A DNA stretch of 63,769 nucleotides, the filler included, from Octopus bimaculoides (Eukaryota): the NCBI RefSeq assembly GCF_001194135.2. It is 8 parts of 7 records of this genome, joined end to end, with 100 filler letters (N's around TTAATTAATTAA, not from the genome) between each part and the next. Parts side by side here need not be neighbours in the genome. Positions count along the whole stretch, not along the records: positions 62,231 to 63,769 come from NW_026417741.1; 7 more parts are not named here. One strand, written 5' to 3'. This document shows positions 63,417-63,769 of the stretch, piece by piece. Numbering within the stretch: the stretch's first letter is position 1; each line of letters begins with the position of its first letter. A model generated the notes under the pieces. The model saw only the letters and a program-made list of their open reading frames with translations, ran no database searches and was not told the DNA's origin. Both the position numbers and the translations under genes were made by a program.

Positions 63417-63769
63417 TTACCCTAAACAGACAGATCCATCCCCTAGCGTCAACGTCGAAGCTTGTTATGCCTCACTGTTAATAAAACAAAATACAATCCG
63501 GAATGGTCATAGAGCGGGTTATAAAGGACCACTTACTCGGATAATGAACCAGATCCGAGACGAGAAATCTGCTGCTGGTTCAAATCTTCCTGACACACAG
63601 GAGCTGGAAGTACCCCACAACCGGAATATTCCAACAGATGGCCATCCATGCTCGTCATCAAATAACCAAAAGAAAAAGAATGAAAAATGGTCTAGGGAAG
63701 ATAATAAAGAATTTCTTAAAGCCTTCTACCATGCCATATATTTCTCTACAGATAAATCTAATACTGTAC
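63417..63769 (+). mobile_element. 5' end of an R4/Dong-like non-LTR retrotransposon (5' UTR plus ORF start at 63544, open to window end)
   Basis: MNQIRDEKSAAGSNLPD...KKKNEKWSREDNKEFLKAFYHA; the KW(S/T)RExN motif resembles the N-terminus of R4/Dong-type ORFs; begins directly after (AAT)n. Confidence 0.7.

Overview
Repeat-saturated, gap-rich metazoan genomic DNA. The SINE/LINE families and very dense (AT)n/(AC)n/(TATC)n/(AAT)n microsatellites point to an octopus (inference; no database search run). The window is a mosaic of eight scaffold pieces joined by artificial 100-bp spacers (44 N + TTAATTAATTAA + 44 N), so order and orientation across those joins are not shown by the sequence. Only one host coding exon is well supported: a minus-strand terminal exon (13859-14314) encoding the C-terminal 151 aa of a single-pass type I membrane protein with YxxPhi and acidic dileucine sorting motifs; its upstream exons cannot be assigned confidently. 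The rest is mostly decayed mobile DNA: CR1/L2-, Tx1-, RTE-, R4/Dong-like and Penelope-like retroelements, Tc1/mariner and pogo/Tigger-like DNA transposons, an LTR-like segment with a tRNA-Trp-type primer binding site, and several tRNA-derived SINE families. Most notable observations: several hammerhead-ribozyme-like motifs in Penelope-type terminal repeats (one as an inverted pair), retroelements each sitting in a specific microsatellite class (Tx1 in TATC; Dong-like and Nin-type SINE stacks in AAT), an element nested inverted inside its own copy, and an unexplained CpG-rich segment with an exon-like, TGA-punctuated frame. No clearly new biological system is demonstrated; the findings are leads.
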